From: an uncultured Blautia sp.
GTDB taxonomy: Bacteria > Bacillota > Clostridia > Lachnospirales > Lachnospiraceae
DNA: 64,000 nucleotides
Reading direction: 5' to 3'
Assembly: GCA_947654165.1 (NCBI GenBank)
Contig: CANTKB010000019.1
Location: forward strand, 191 to 64,190
This document shows positions 20,124 through 30,886 of the stretch, in pieces. Positions within the stretch are counted from its first letter, which is position 1, and every line of letters begins with the position of its first letter. Below the pieces are notes generated by a model. The model was not told the DNA's origin. It was given only the letters and a program-made list of their open reading frames with translations, and did not search any database. The position numbers were made by a program, and so were the translations under genes.

Positions 20124-22511
20124 CTATTTCTTAAATTCTACGATTGTAACACCTGCATCTCCTTCGCCAAACTCAGCCAAGTGGAAATCCTTTACATATT
20201 TCAGGCGTTTCAGATAATTATGCACGCCTTTTCTAAGAGCACCGGTTCCCTTTCCGTGCACTACACGAACACTGCTAAGGTGAGCAAGATAGGCATCGTC
20301 CAGATATTTGTCAAGTTCTGCGATTGCTTCGTCCACGGTTTTTCCCAGAAGATTGATCTCTGTACGGATAGATGCAGATTTATTCATTTTAATCCGTCCT
20401 GCACCGGTACGCTGAATGGATGGGCCTGTGATGACTGGTTCGTCGATCAGCTCCAGATCAGACAGATGCACCTTGGAACGGAGAATTCCCATTTGGACAA
20501 AAACCATGCCTTTGGCATCCGGTTTGGAACTGATGGTTCCTTTTACATTCAGGCTTAGGACTTTCACTGCGTCTCCCAGAGAAACATCCTTGGCTGTGAG
20601 ACTGGATTTTTTCTTTTCCGGTGTCTTTAAGGCCATTTTCTTTCCTGCTGAATCCATTTTCTGTCGCAGCTCCGTACGCTTTTTCTCAAGCTCTTTGGCA
20701 GACATGGTCTCCTGGCCGGCTTTGTTAAAGATTTTCATGGTCTGGTCAGCGTATTCTTTGGCTTCTCTTAAAATCCGGTGAGCTTCCTCATTGGCATCCT
20801 GGAGAATCCGTTCCTTTCGCTGCTCTAATTTATCCTGTTTGGACTCTAACTGTTGTTTCAGTTTATGAATTTCTTCTTTGTAACGGGCAATTTCAGCCTG
20901 TTCTGCTTCAATGGTTTTCCGGCTGTGTTCCAGGGTAGACAGCACATCTTCAAAGGATTCATCTTCCTGGCTGATCTGTTCTTTTGCCTTGTCTATGATA
21001 TATTCCGGCAGCCCTAATTTTCCTGAAATGGCAAAGGCATTACTTTTGCCCGGAATACCGATGAGAAGACGGTAGGTAGGACGAAGGGTTTCTACGTCAA
21101 ATTCACAGGAAGCGTTTTCTACACCCTGGGTCGAAAGGGCATAGACCTTCAATTCACTGTAATGTGTGGTAGCCATGGTACGGATTCCCTGACTGTGAAG
21201 GTGGGAAAGGATGGCAATGGCAAGGGCAGCACCTTCTGTAGGGTCTGTTCCGGCTCCCAGCTCGTCAAAGAGAACCAGAGAATCTTTATCCGCCTTTTCA
21301 ATAAAGCGGACCACATTGGTCATATGAGAAGAAAAGGTACTAAGAGACTGCTCAATGCTCTGCTCATCTCCGATATCTGCATAGACCTCTTTGAACACGC
21401 TGAGACGGGAATGCTCAAATGCCGGAATATGAAGACCGGACTGTCCCATCAGGGTCAGAAGTCCTACGGTTTTTAAAGAAACCGTTTTACCACCTGTGTT
21501 TGGACCTGTGACAACTAAAAGGTCAAAGGTGTCGCCAAGACGGATATCAATAGGAACGACTTTGTGTTTTTCAATCAAAGGGTGACGCCCTTTTTTGATA
21601 TCGATAATGCCCTGTGTGTTAAATACAGGCTCTGTGGCATTCTGAGACTTTGCCAGGAGAGCTCTTGCGAAAATAAAGTCCAGCTGCGTAAGGGTTTTCA
21701 GGTTGTCCTGGATCAGTTCCAGATATCCGGCTGTCTCCTGGCTTAAATTTGAAAGAATGATTTCAATTTCCGCCTGTTCTTTCACTTCCAGTTCTCGGAG
21801 TTCGTTGTTCAGTTTTACAATAGCCATAGGCTCTACAAAAACAGTGGAGCCGGTGGAAGACTGGTCATGGATCATACCGGGAACCTGGCCTTTGTATTCT
21901 GATTTCACAGGAATACAGTATCTTCCGTTTCTCATGGTGACCACGGCATCCTGAAGATAGGAGCGACCCTGGCCGCTGACATAGGAAGAGAGCTGGCTGT
22001 GGATTTTGTCATTGGTATTTTTCATGGCTCGTCTGATCTGACGCAGAGCAGAACTGGCATCATCAGCAATTTCTTCTTCTGAGAGGATACAGCGGCGAAT
22101 CTCAAGAGAAAGGGGGGTGAGAGGCTGTAAAATCTCAAACATACTGTCCAGTGAATCTGGAGTCTCTTCCTGATTTTCCCGGCGGGCATAAGCCTTGGCA
22201 CGATTGGTATTTTCTAACAGAGTACATACAGCCAGAAGTTCCCCTGTGCCAAGTGTACTGCCGATTTCAAGACGTTTTAAAGAACCCCGGATATCTTTTA
22301 CACCGCCAAAAGAAAGAGCACCTTTCTGATAAACACGGGAAAGGGCATCTGCTGTTTCCTGCTGCATGGCTTCGATCTCTACAATGTTATCCAGGGGTTT
22401 TAAATCTCGGCACAATTGCTTTCCGAGACTGGAGGTTGCAAAACCTTCCAGAAGTTCCAATATTTTGTTGTATTCTAAAGTTTTAAATGCTTTTTGATTC
22501 ATCTTTATCAC
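20124..22511 (-). CDS. mutS2: Endonuclease MutS2
   Basis: TGPNTGGKT, QSLSTFS, DELGAGTDP, coiled coil and C-terminal Smr domain (HGKGTG). Confidence 0.95.
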   Translation of the reverse strand: MIKMNQKAFKTLEYNKILELLEGFATSSLGKQLCRDLKPLDNIVEIEAMQQETADALSRVYQKGALSFGGVKDIRGSLKRLEIGSTLGTGELLAVCTLLENTNRAKAYARRENQEETPDSLDSMFEILQPLTPLSLEIRRCILSEEEIADDASSALRQIRRAMKNTNDKIHSQLSSYVSGQGRSYLQDAVVTMRNGRYCIPVKSEYKGQVPGMIHDQSSTGSTVFVEPMAIVKLNNELRELEVKEQAEIEIILSNLSQETAGYLELIQDNLKTLTQLDFIFARALLAKSQNATEPVFNTQGIIDIKKGRHPLIEKHKVVPIDIRLGDTFDLLVVTGPNTGGKTVSLKTVGLLTLMGQSGLHIPAFEHSRLSVFKEVYADIGDEQSIEQSLSTFSSHMTNVVRFIEKADKDSLVLFDELGAGTDPTEGAALAIAILSHLHSQGIRTMATTHYSELKVYALSTQGVENASCEFDVETLRPTYRLLIGIPGKSNAFAISGKLGLPEYIIDKAKEQISQEDESFEDVLSTLEHSRKTIEAEQAEIARYKEEIHKLKQQLESKQDKLEQRKERILQDANEEAHRILREAKEYADQTMKIFNKAGQETMSAKELEKKRTELRQKMDSAGKKMALKTPEKKKSSLTAKDVSLGDAVKVLSLNVKGTISSKPDAKGMVFVQMGILRSKVHLSDLELIDEPVITGPSIQRTGAGRIKMNKSASIRTEINLLGKTVDEAIAELDKYLDDAYLAHLSSVRVVHGKGTGALRKGVHNYLKRLKYVKDFHLAEFGEGDAGVTIVEFKK

Positions 22512-22707
22512 CTTATCTAATTTTTCAGATTAACATCTTTATTTTACATGAAAAAACATAGAAAGAAAAGGGCAAATATAGACTTCCGGCAACAGCTCCT
22601 ATTATAAGATATAAGAGAAAGAGAAAAATATTTTGTGAAATTTCATAAAAAGTTCATATATTTTCGGTATAATAGACAAAAATACAGGCTTATGCGGAGC
22701 GTATGAT

Positions 22708-24006
22708 ATGGACGAAGAAAGAAAAGATGAATATGAATTCCTGAAAGAAACCATTAAGGCAAAACCCATTGATAAGAAAAAACTGGTGAAACAGACAGGA
22801 TGCCTGGTTGGGGCGGGAGCGGTGTTCGGTCTGGCAGCAGCACTTGTATTTGCCATGATAGCTCCCGGACTTTTGAAGAAAATGCAGGATAAAGAGAAAG
22901 CATCTCAAGTACAATTTTCTCAGGAACGTGTGACAGAAGAGAAAGACAGAGAGAATGCTGAAAACTCTGAGGGGACAAATGAAACAGAAGAAGATACAGA
23001 AGATACGGGAGAAACCGTACAGACAATCGTTCAGGAAATGACGCCTGAGGATTATCGAAAGTTGTATCAGGATATGTTTGCCACTGCAGACGAGGCGAAG
23101 AAATCAATGGTGACTGTGATTGGAAGCCAGAATGATGAAGACTGGTTCCAGACCCCTTATGAAAGCCAGATTTCAGGACTGCTGGTGGCAGAAAGCGGAC
23201 AGGATTATTTTATTCTCACAGAATATCGAATTGTGGAAAATGTAGATCGTATACAGGTGGTATTTTGTGATGGGACGATGACGGACGGAAGATTTTTGAA
23301 GGAAGATACAAATACCGGTTTTGCTGTGTTGAAAGTGCCAAAGACAGGGATTCCTTCGAAGACAAAAGAAGCGATTGCCATTGCCCCTCTGGGAGAATCG
23401 TATTATGTGAAACAGGGAGAACCGGTTCTTGCAATTGGAAGCCCTATGGGGTATAGTGATTCTGTAGGCTATGGCATTGTTACTTCTGTGTCCAATACAG
23501 TTTCCAGAATTGATGCGGAATATGGTCTTCTCACGACGGATATTCCAGGAAGCATCCACGGGAGCGGTGTGCTCCTGAATCTGGATGGAGAGATTGTAGG
23601 AATGATCGCCCAGTCCTTTGCCGGGGAGGATACGCAGAATCTGGTAACAGGGCTTCAGGTTTCCCAGATGAAGGAAATGATTCAAATACTTTCTGATGGA
23701 AATAAAGAGATGGTTTATATGGGAATCACAGGTGAGACTATCACATCAGAAATTTCGGAGAAAAAGGGAATTCCCGTCGGTGTATTTGTGGAGCAAGTGG
23801 AAGTAGAGTCTCCTGCTATGCAGGTAGGGATTCAAAATGGAGATGTTATTATAGAATTGAATGGGGAAAGGATTGAAACGGTAAAAGGTTACCAGCAGCA
23901 GTTGAAATCATGCAAAGCCGGAAGTACCGTAAAGGTAAAAGCCATGCGTCAGGGAACAGAGGGATATGTGGAAGTTTCTTTTGATGTAGTGCTGAAGACA
24001 AGATAA
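22708..24006 (+). CDS. Membrane-anchored HtrA/S1C-like protease-fold + PDZ protein with degenerate triad
   Basis: TM segment, acidic linker, GEPVLAIGSPMG...GIVT, LNLDGEIVG and PDZ (SPAMQVGIQNGDVI). Confidence 0.8.
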   Translation: MDEERKDEYEFLKETIKAKPIDKKKLVKQTGCLVGAGAVFGLAAALVFAMIAPGLLKKMQDKEKASQVQFSQERVTEEKDRENAENSEGTNETEEDTEDTGETVQTIVQEMTPEDYRKLYQDMFATADEAKKSMVTVIGSQNDEDWFQTPYESQISGLLVAESGQDYFILTEYRIVENVDRIQVVFCDGTMTDGRFLKEDTNTGFAVLKVPKTGIPSKTKEAIAIAPLGESYYVKQGEPVLAIGSPMGYSDSVGYGIVTSVSNTVSRIDAEYGLLTTDIPGSIHGSGVLLNLDGEIVGMIAQSFAGEDTQNLVTGLQVSQMKEMIQILSDGNKEMVYMGITGETITSEISEKKGIPVGVFVEQVEVESPAMQVGIQNGDVIIELNGERIETVKGYQQQLKSCKAGSTVKVKAMRQGTEGYVEVSFDVVLKTR

Positions 24007-24047
24007 GACTGAAAAACAAGGACAGAAACAAGGGAAGGAAATGAAAA

Positions 24048-24998
24048 ATGAAATTTATTAACACACTCCGAGAGGGAGAACGCCTCTCAGGAATTTATTT
24101 ATGTAAACATAAACAGGCGGCTGTCACCAAGAATGGAAAACCTTATGAGAATGTGATCCTCCAGGACAAAACAGGCACTCTGGACGGAAAGATCTGGGAT
24201 CCAAACTCTCAGGGGATCGATGACTTTGATGCTTTAGATTATATTGATGTAGTAGGAGATGTGACCAGCTTTCAGGGCAGTTTGCAGGTGAGTATTAAGA
24301 GAGTCCGCAAAGCCTCAGAAGGGGAATATGAACCTGGAAATTATCTCCCGGTAAGCAATAAAGATATTGGAACAATGTATCAGGAGATTCTGAGTTATGT
24401 TAACCAAGTGAAAAATCCGTATCTTCACAGACTTTTGGTATCTTTCTTTGAAGAGGATGAGGAATTTGTCAAAAGATTTCAGGGGAATTCTGCGGCAAAG
24501 ACGGTGCATCATGGATTTATCGGTGGACTTTTGGAGCACACCTTGAGCGTAGTGCGTCTGTGTCTGTATTACTGCAGGACCTATCCTATTCTGAATCAGG
24601 ACCTGCTGGTAACTGCAGCGATGCTTCATGATGTGGGAAAAACAGTGGAGCTGAGTCAGTTTCCAATGAATGATTATACCGATGACGGACAGCTTCTGGG
24701 ACATATTATGATCGGTGCGGAGATGATTCATGATAGGGCAAAAGAAATACCGGGATTTCCGGTCAAACTGGAAAGTGAGCTGAAGCATTGCATTCTGGCT
24801 CATCACGGGGAGCTGGAGTATGGTTCTCCTAAGAAACCGGCTCTGGCAGAGGCAGTAGCACTGAATCTGGCAGATAATACAGATGCGAAAATGGAAACCC
24901 TGACAGAAATTTTCCATGCAGCAGGCGACCAGAAAGACTGGCTTGGTTTTAATCGTCTCTTTGAATCAAATCTGCGAAAAACCAGTTGTGGAGAATAA
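24048..24998 (+). CDS. yhaM: 3'-5' exoribonuclease YhaM family (OB fold + HD domain)
   Basis: LQDKTG, HHGFIGGLLEH, LHDVGK and HCILAHHG. Confidence 0.88.
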   Translation: MKFINTLREGERLSGIYLCKHKQAAVTKNGKPYENVILQDKTGTLDGKIWDPNSQGIDDFDALDYIDVVGDVTSFQGSLQVSIKRVRKASEGEYEPGNYLPVSNKDIGTMYQEILSYVNQVKNPYLHRLLVSFFEEDEEFVKRFQGNSAAKTVHHGFIGGLLEHTLSVVRLCLYYCRTYPILNQDLLVTAAMLHDVGKTVELSQFPMNDYTDDGQLLGHIMIGAEMIHDRAKEIPGFPVKLESELKHCILAHHGELEYGSPKKPALAEAVALNLADNTDAKMETLTEIFHAAGDQKDWLGFNRLFESNLRKTSCGE

Positions 24999-25013
24999 GA
25001 CGGAGAGGACAGT

Positions 25014-26375
25014 ATGGAGTTTAAGAAAAATGATCTTTTGACAGTTGTCATCGAAGATATGGGACATGACGGAGAAGGAATCGGAAAAGCGGAAGGCTAT
25101 ACACTGTTCATCAAAGATGCAGTCATCGGAGATACGGTAGAGGCAAAAATCATGAAGGCAAAGAAGAATTATGGCTATGCCAGATTGATGAGAGTATTGA
25201 ATCCCTCCCCTTACCGTGTGGAGCCTAAATGTCCCTGTGCCAGAGCCTGCGGGGGATGTCAGCTTCAATTTTTATCTTACGAAAAACAATTGGAATTTAA
25301 GAAAAATAAGGTAAAAGGAAATCTTGAGCGAATCGGCGGGTTTGGACAGGTCGAAATAGAAAAAGTAATAGGCATGGAGAAGCCGTGGAGATACCGCAAT
25401 AAGGCACAGTTTCCGGTTGGAAAGAACAAAGACGGAGAGATTATTACAGGGTTTTATGCCGGAAGAACTCATTCTATTATTCCTAACAGAAACTGTTATC
25501 TTGGAGCAGAGGTAAATGAAGAAATTTTAAATCAGGTCATTGCATATATGACAGACAATCATGTAGAACCCTATGAAGAAGCCGGCGGAAAAGGACTGGT
25601 CAGACATATTCTTATCAGAAATGGATTCAAAACCGGGGAAATCATGGTGTGCATCATTGCCAATGGAAGAACCTTGCCAAAGGTAAATAATCTCATAGAA
25701 CGACTTCAGACAATACCGGGGATGACAAGCATCAGTCTGAATGTAAATACAAAACGAAATAATGTGATTCTGGGCGATGAGGTGATTACGCTCTGGGGAC
25801 AGGAAACCATCTCTGATTATATCGGAGATATTAAGTTTGAAATTTCACCCCTTTCTTTTTATCAGGTAAATCCGGTTCAGACAGAAAAGCTGTATGGAAC
25901 AGCTTTAGAATATGCAGGTCTTACGGGAAAAGAGACTGTCTGGGATTTATATTGTGGTATTGGAACCATTTCACTGTTTCTGGCACAGGAGGCGAAACAG
26001 GTATATGGTGTGGAGATTGTGCCTCCGGCCATTGAAGATGCCAAGAGAAATGCCAGGAGAAATGGGATTGAAAATGCAGAGTTTTATGTAGGAAAGGCCG
26101 AGGAAGTGCTTCCGCAGAAATATGAAGAAGAAGGAACCCGGGCGGATGTCATCGTGGTAGACCCTCCGAGAAAAGGATGTGAGCCGGAAGTTTTGGATAC
26201 CATGCTTCATATGAAACCGGAGCGAATCGTATATGTGAGCTGTGATTCCGCCACACTTGCGAGAGATTTGAAAATATTATGTGAAAAAGAATACCAGATT
26301 GAGAAGGTGGCGGTCTGCGATATGTTCGGAAACAGCGTTCATGTGGAGACAGTCTGTAAACTGGTGCGGAAATAG
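25014..26375 (+). CDS. rlmD: 23S rRNA m5U1939 methyltransferase with TRAM domain
   Basis: TRAM domain, CGGCQ, SFYQVN, DLYCGIG, DPPRKG, YVSC and HVE. Confidence 0.93.
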   Translation: MEFKKNDLLTVVIEDMGHDGEGIGKAEGYTLFIKDAVIGDTVEAKIMKAKKNYGYARLMRVLNPSPYRVEPKCPCARACGGCQLQFLSYEKQLEFKKNKVKGNLERIGGFGQVEIEKVIGMEKPWRYRNKAQFPVGKNKDGEIITGFYAGRTHSIIPNRNCYLGAEVNEEILNQVIAYMTDNHVEPYEEAGGKGLVRHILIRNGFKTGEIMVCIIANGRTLPKVNNLIERLQTIPGMTSISLNVNTKRNNVILGDEVITLWGQETISDYIGDIKFEISPLSFYQVNPVQTEKLYGTALEYAGLTGKETVWDLYCGIGTISLFLAQEAKQVYGVEIVPPAIEDAKRNARRNGIENAEFYVGKAEEVLPQKYEEEGTRADVIVVDPPRKGCEPEVLDTMLHMKPERIVYVSCDSATLARDLKILCEKEYQIEKVAVCDMFGNSVHVETVCKLVRK

Positions 26376-26575
26376 GAACTACATAAGTAAAAGATTATCC
26401 ATTGTAAGGGCTGGGAAACCGGCTCTTTTATTATGCAAAAATATAGCTGCAAAACGAAAAATGTGTTTTTACTGCTTCTGATGAACCAACCCATTATTGA
26501 CAAGAAAACATAGATGTTATAAAATCTAGGTTAATAAATTCAGAAGAGATTTCTTGACGGAGGAGGAATAACAAA

Positions 26576-26770
26576 ATGTTTTGCAGGCACTGTAGGATAC
26601 AGGTGCCGGATGGAGTTACCTTCTGCCCTGTATGTGGAAGAGAGATTAAAGAATCTTTGCCGTTGTTAAAAAGATTTTTTCGATTATTCCAAAGTGCAGA
26701 TAAAAGTTCAGGAAAAAATATTTCACATGATAAGAAGCATAAGAAAAAAAGACCGGCAAAAAGAAATTAA
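26576..26770 (+). CDS. Small zinc-ribbon protein
   Basis: MFCRHC...FCPVCG with strong GGAGG RBS. Confidence 0.65.
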   Translation: MFCRHCRIQVPDGVTFCPVCGREIKESLPLLKRFFRLFQSADKSSGKNISHDKKHKKKRPAKRN

Positions 26771-26813
26771 TCATTTCTGTGCCGGTTGAGAATTGATAAG
26801 ACGGTAGAGCTTA

Positions 26814-27026
26814 TTATTTCGTATCTTCATCCGGTATATAAACTAAAATATCAGATATCTGGCAGCACAGGACAGAGCAAAGGGTGTTGAGTGTTTTGGT
26901 CGTGACGGTTTTCTCGCTGCGCAGTCGCTGAATAGTATCCGGAAGTATGCCGTATTCATAAATCAGCTTGTATGTGGAGATGTTTTTTCGATGTAGTGTT
27001 TGCCAAAATGGGTCGTATGAAATCAT
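26814..27026 (-). CDS. Small Cro/C1-type HTH regulator
   Basis: MISYDPFW...TIQRLR...TLNTLCSVLCCQISDIL pattern; GAGGTG RBS. Confidence 0.8.
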   Translation of the reverse strand: MISYDPFWQTLHRKNISTYKLIYEYGILPDTIQRLRSEKTVTTKTLNTLCSVLCCQISDILVYIPDEDTK

Positions 27027-27366
27027 GTTATCACCTCTGTTTTAAAAAAATGGTAGCATATATGTCATATTATCTATGCATGTTTTAACATTTATGTTTG
27101 CGGAGGTTTTTATTCATAAAAAGATATAGAATTGGTTGGAAGACAGTGAATTTGGCTGTCTTCTTTTTTGATTTATGGTATACTGAAATTATGTACTTGT
27201 ATAAAATAAAATAGAGAAGGATTTCGTATGAGTAAAATTAAAACCATGTGTGGAAATCATGGAATCAGTGCATGTTACGACAGCGTATATTGCCAAAGGG
27301 AATGAAGTCTGTGCACTGCGTTATAAAAAGTGAGAATAAATCAATCAGGATTATGGAGGAAATGTC

Positions 27367-28527
27367 ATGGAATTACAGCAGAAGAAGTGTGAACTGGAGG
27401 GAAGAGGATGCGGCGGGTGTGACCTGCTGTCTCTTCCATATGAGAAACAGCTTCAGAAAAAGCAGAAAGAATTAAAAGCACTTCTGGGAAAATACAGAAA
27501 GCTACAGCCTATATTGGGAATGGAAGAACCATGGCATTATAGAAATAAAGTCATTTCCACGTTTACCTATCATCAGAAGAGGCTGGACAGTGGTATCTAT
27601 ATGCAGGGAACACACAAGGTACTTCCTGTGCGAAACTGTCTTTTGCATCAGCCGGCTCTGGATGAGGCTGTGGAGGCGGTGCGAAAGGCAGCAAGAAGCC
27701 GTAAATATCAGCCATATGATGAGGATCGAAAGACTGGACTTTTAAGACATGTATTGGTGCGGCACAGTCTGCTGACAGATGAAGTCATGGTGGTATTGAT
27801 AACAGCTTCCCCGATTCTTCCGGGGTCAAAAAACTTTGTGAACCGGGTGCGGGAACTATGCCCAAGGGTTGCGACTATTGTCCAGAATGTTAATCCCCGC
27901 TCAACCAGTGCGGTGCTTGGATATAAGGAAAAAATATTATATGGAAAAGGCTATATAGAGGATTCTCTGTGCGGCGTAAAATTCCAGATTTCTGCCTCCA
28001 GTTTTTATCAGATTAATCCGAAACAAACGGAAATTTTGTATCAGACTGCCATTCGTGCAGCACAGTTAGATGGAAGCCAGAGTGTTCTGGATGCTTACTG
28101 TGGTGTCGGAACTATTGGATTGGTGGCAGCAGGACAGGCAAAAAGTGTGCTGGGAGTAGAAGTAAATAAAAGTGCAGTCAAATGTGCGGTGGAAAATGCC
28201 AGAAAAAATGGAATTACAAATGCCAGGTTTTTGTGTGCAGATGCCACAGAATATATGAAACAAATGGCAGAAAGAGGAGAACGTGTGGATGTGGTCTTCA
28301 TGGATCCGCCAAGGGCAGGAAGTACACCGGAATTTTTGGAGGCTGTGTCCAAGATGAGTCCGGAGCGTATTGTATATATTTCCTGCGACCCAAAGACTCA
28401 GAAACGGGATCTGGAGATTCTTGTGGAGAAAGGCTGGAAGGTGGACATGATACAGGGAGTAGATCTTTTTCCGCAGACAAAACATTTAGAAAGCATCGCA
28501 ACTCTTTCCAGAAAATATAAATCATGA
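27367..28527 (+). CDS. Second RlmD/TrmA-family m5U methyltransferase (no TRAM domain)
   Basis: CGGC, YRNK, SFYQIN, DAYCGVG, DPPRAG, YISC and HLE. Confidence 0.88.
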   Translation: MELQQKKCELEGRGCGGCDLLSLPYEKQLQKKQKELKALLGKYRKLQPILGMEEPWHYRNKVISTFTYHQKRLDSGIYMQGTHKVLPVRNCLLHQPALDEAVEAVRKAARSRKYQPYDEDRKTGLLRHVLVRHSLLTDEVMVVLITASPILPGSKNFVNRVRELCPRVATIVQNVNPRSTSAVLGYKEKILYGKGYIEDSLCGVKFQISASSFYQINPKQTEILYQTAIRAAQLDGSQSVLDAYCGVGTIGLVAAGQAKSVLGVEVNKSAVKCAVENARKNGITNARFLCADATEYMKQMAERGERVDVVFMDPPRAGSTPEFLEAVSKMSPERIVYISCDPKTQKRDLEILVEKGWKVDMIQGVDLFPQTKHLESIATLSRKYKS

Positions 28528-28558
28528 TTTAAGTGAGAAAGTGGGGGAAACATAAACG

Positions 28559-29263
28559 ATGGCCTATAATTATGAAAAAGTACCTTCCAAGCTACTGGTA
28601 CCACAAATTGAAGACCAATTAATGATGCACATTCATCAGAAACATATAAAAGCAGGGGACAAACTGCCAAGTGAATATAAACTGGCAGAACTTTTCGCAG
28701 TTGGGAGAAGTACCATACGAGAGGCAGTTAAAAGTCTGGTATCTAAAGGAATCCTGGAGGTGCGAAGAGGGGCGGGAACTTTTGTGAGAAGTACAGAGGT
28801 GCCCGTGGATGACCCACTGGGCCTGGCACAATTTGAAGATAAATATAAACTCGCTATGGATCTTTTTGAAGTCCGTATTTTATTAGAACCTGAAGTTGCA
28901 GCGGCAGCCTGCAAAAATGCAACGGAAGAAGAAAAGCTGCATATTCAGCAGCTCTGTGATGAAGTGGAAGAATTGTATTTAAACGGAGAAAATCATATTC
29001 AGAAGGATATGGAATTTCATGCCAGTATTGCAAAATATAGTGGAAATCGTGTGGTGGAGGTGTTAGTTCCTGTGATACATACTGCGGTAACCACATTTGC
29101 TAATCTGACGAACAGAAAACTCATGAATGAGACCATTGAGACACATCGTGAAGTCACAAATGCAATCCTTCGTGGGGATGCTATGGGAGCAAAATGTGCC
29201 ATGATCATGCATCTTACATACAACCGGCAGATGTTACTGAAGATGATGGAAGAAAGAACGTAA
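28559..29263 (+). CDS. GntR family (FadR subfamily) regulator
   Basis: GDKLPSE...VGRSTIREA wHTH; FCD domain with DMEFH and H residues. Confidence 0.9.
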   Translation: MAYNYEKVPSKLLVPQIEDQLMMHIHQKHIKAGDKLPSEYKLAELFAVGRSTIREAVKSLVSKGILEVRRGAGTFVRSTEVPVDDPLGLAQFEDKYKLAMDLFEVRILLEPEVAAAACKNATEEEKLHIQQLCDEVEELYLNGENHIQKDMEFHASIAKYSGNRVVEVLVPVIHTAVTTFANLTNRKLMNETIETHREVTNAILRGDAMGAKCAMIMHLTYNRQMLLKMMEERT

Positions 29264-29434
29264 GACATCAGACAAGTTGTGCGGTATGCAGAATATAGAA
29301 TTCAATAAAATACACAAAATCCAGCTTTAAAACGGGAATAAAGCTGGATTTTTTTATGTATTTTATAGAAAATAGAAGTAGAATGGAAACAACTTGTAAT
29401 AGGATGCATAAATAGATATACTTAAATTACAGAT

Positions 29435-29452
29435 ACATCAGACGTCAGGTGT
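29435..29452 (+). promoter_or_regulatory. Candidate FadR operator ACATCAGACGTCAGGTGT
   Basis: Imperfect palindrome; the half-site ACATCAGAC recurs at 29265-29273. Confidence 0.5.
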
Positions 29453-29490
29453 GGAAATAACAACTATTCAGAATGTATGGAGGAGAAAGA

Positions 29491-30846
29491 ATGAGTGAAA
29501 TGGTTACATTAGATCCTACCCGTCTTGTCATTGCGGCATTACTGGGATTAGCTCTTTTGTTGGTTTTAATAATTAAATTTAAGATTCATGCAATGCTTTC
29601 TATTTTGATTGGTGCGATCACTATTGGTCTGGTGGCAGGCATGCCGTTTACAGAAATTGTAGGGGCTGTAAATGATGGTATCAGTAATACGTTAAAAGGA
29701 ATTGCACTGCTGGTCGGTTTAGGTTCCATGTTTGGTGCTATTTTGGAGGCATCAGGAGGAGCACAGACTCTGGCGGTAACCATGGTAAAGAAATTCGGGG
29801 ATGAAAAAGCAGCATGGGCACTGGGACTCACCGGTCTTGTTGTTGCTATGCCGGTGTTTTTTGATGCTGGCTTGATTATCTTGATCCCGCTTGCGTTTTC
29901 TCTTGCAAAAAGAACAAAACGTTCTTCTTTGTTTTATGCAATTCCGCTTTTAGCTGGTCTGGCAGTAGGTCATGCATTTATTCCACCTACACCTGGTCCG
30001 GTTTTGGTAGCAACAATGTTAAATGTTGATCTTGGATGGGTTATCTTAGTTGGAATTGCCTGTGGTACAGTGGCTATGATCGTTGCAGGTCCTGTATGGG
30101 GTTCTGTATGTGGAAAGAAGTACTATGTACCGGTTCCGGAACATGTGGCAAATCAGGAAGATTTCGATGAATCAAAACTTCCTAAGTTCAGCACAATCGT
30201 GTGGATCATTATGATCCCTCTGGTTTTGATCATCTTGAAATCTTTTGCAGGCGTTATCCCTGCAATGAAACCATTGGCACCAGTACTTACATTCTTGGGA
30301 GAGCCGTTTGTTGCCCTTTTGATTGCTACCATTGTAGCGATGTTTATTCTTGGTAAAAAACATGGTTATTCCTTAGAGGAATTAGAAAAAATCATGACAA
30401 AATCCCTGGAACCAACAGGTTTGATCCTGTTAGTAACTGCCTGTGGCGGTGTTCTTCGTTATATGCTGCAGTACTCAGGGCTGGGAGATCTGATTGGAAA
30501 CGCAGTAGCATCTGTAAATATGCCGATCGTTCTGGTTGCATTCATTGTTGCAGCATTGGTAAGAATCTGTGTAGGTTCCGCAACAGTAGCTATGACAATG
30601 GCAGCAGGTATTATTGCCGCAATGCCGGGAATCGCAGATCTGTCCCCATTATATCTTGCATGTACCGTTGCAGCAGTTGCCGGAGGTTCTACCGTATGTT
30701 CTCACTTTAATGATTCTGGTTTCTGGCTTGTAAAATCTTTGGTTGGAATTGATGAGAAGACAAACTTAAAAACATGGACCATCATGGAAACTTTGGTTGG
30801 AGTGACTGGATTTATTGTTGCTTTTATTATTTCATTTTTTGCGTAA
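29491..30846 (+). CDS. GntP-family sugar-acid:H+ permease
   Basis: PVFFDAG, HAFIPPTPGP, GSATVA and SHFNDSGFW. Confidence 0.9.
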   Translation: MSEMVTLDPTRLVIAALLGLALLLVLIIKFKIHAMLSILIGAITIGLVAGMPFTEIVGAVNDGISNTLKGIALLVGLGSMFGAILEASGGAQTLAVTMVKKFGDEKAAWALGLTGLVVAMPVFFDAGLIILIPLAFSLAKRTKRSSLFYAIPLLAGLAVGHAFIPPTPGPVLVATMLNVDLGWVILVGIACGTVAMIVAGPVWGSVCGKKYYVPVPEHVANQEDFDESKLPKFSTIVWIIMIPLVLIILKSFAGVIPAMKPLAPVLTFLGEPFVALLIATIVAMFILGKKHGYSLEELEKIMTKSLEPTGLILLVTACGGVLRYMLQYSGLGDLIGNAVASVNMPIVLVAFIVAALVRICVGSATVAMTMAAGIIAAMPGIADLSPLYLACTVAAVAGGSTVCSHFNDSGFWLVKSLVGIDEKTNLKTWTIMETLVGVTGFIVAFIISFFA

Positions 30847-30886
30847 TCAGGATATCAAATTATTATTTTAACAGGAGGTTGTTCAT

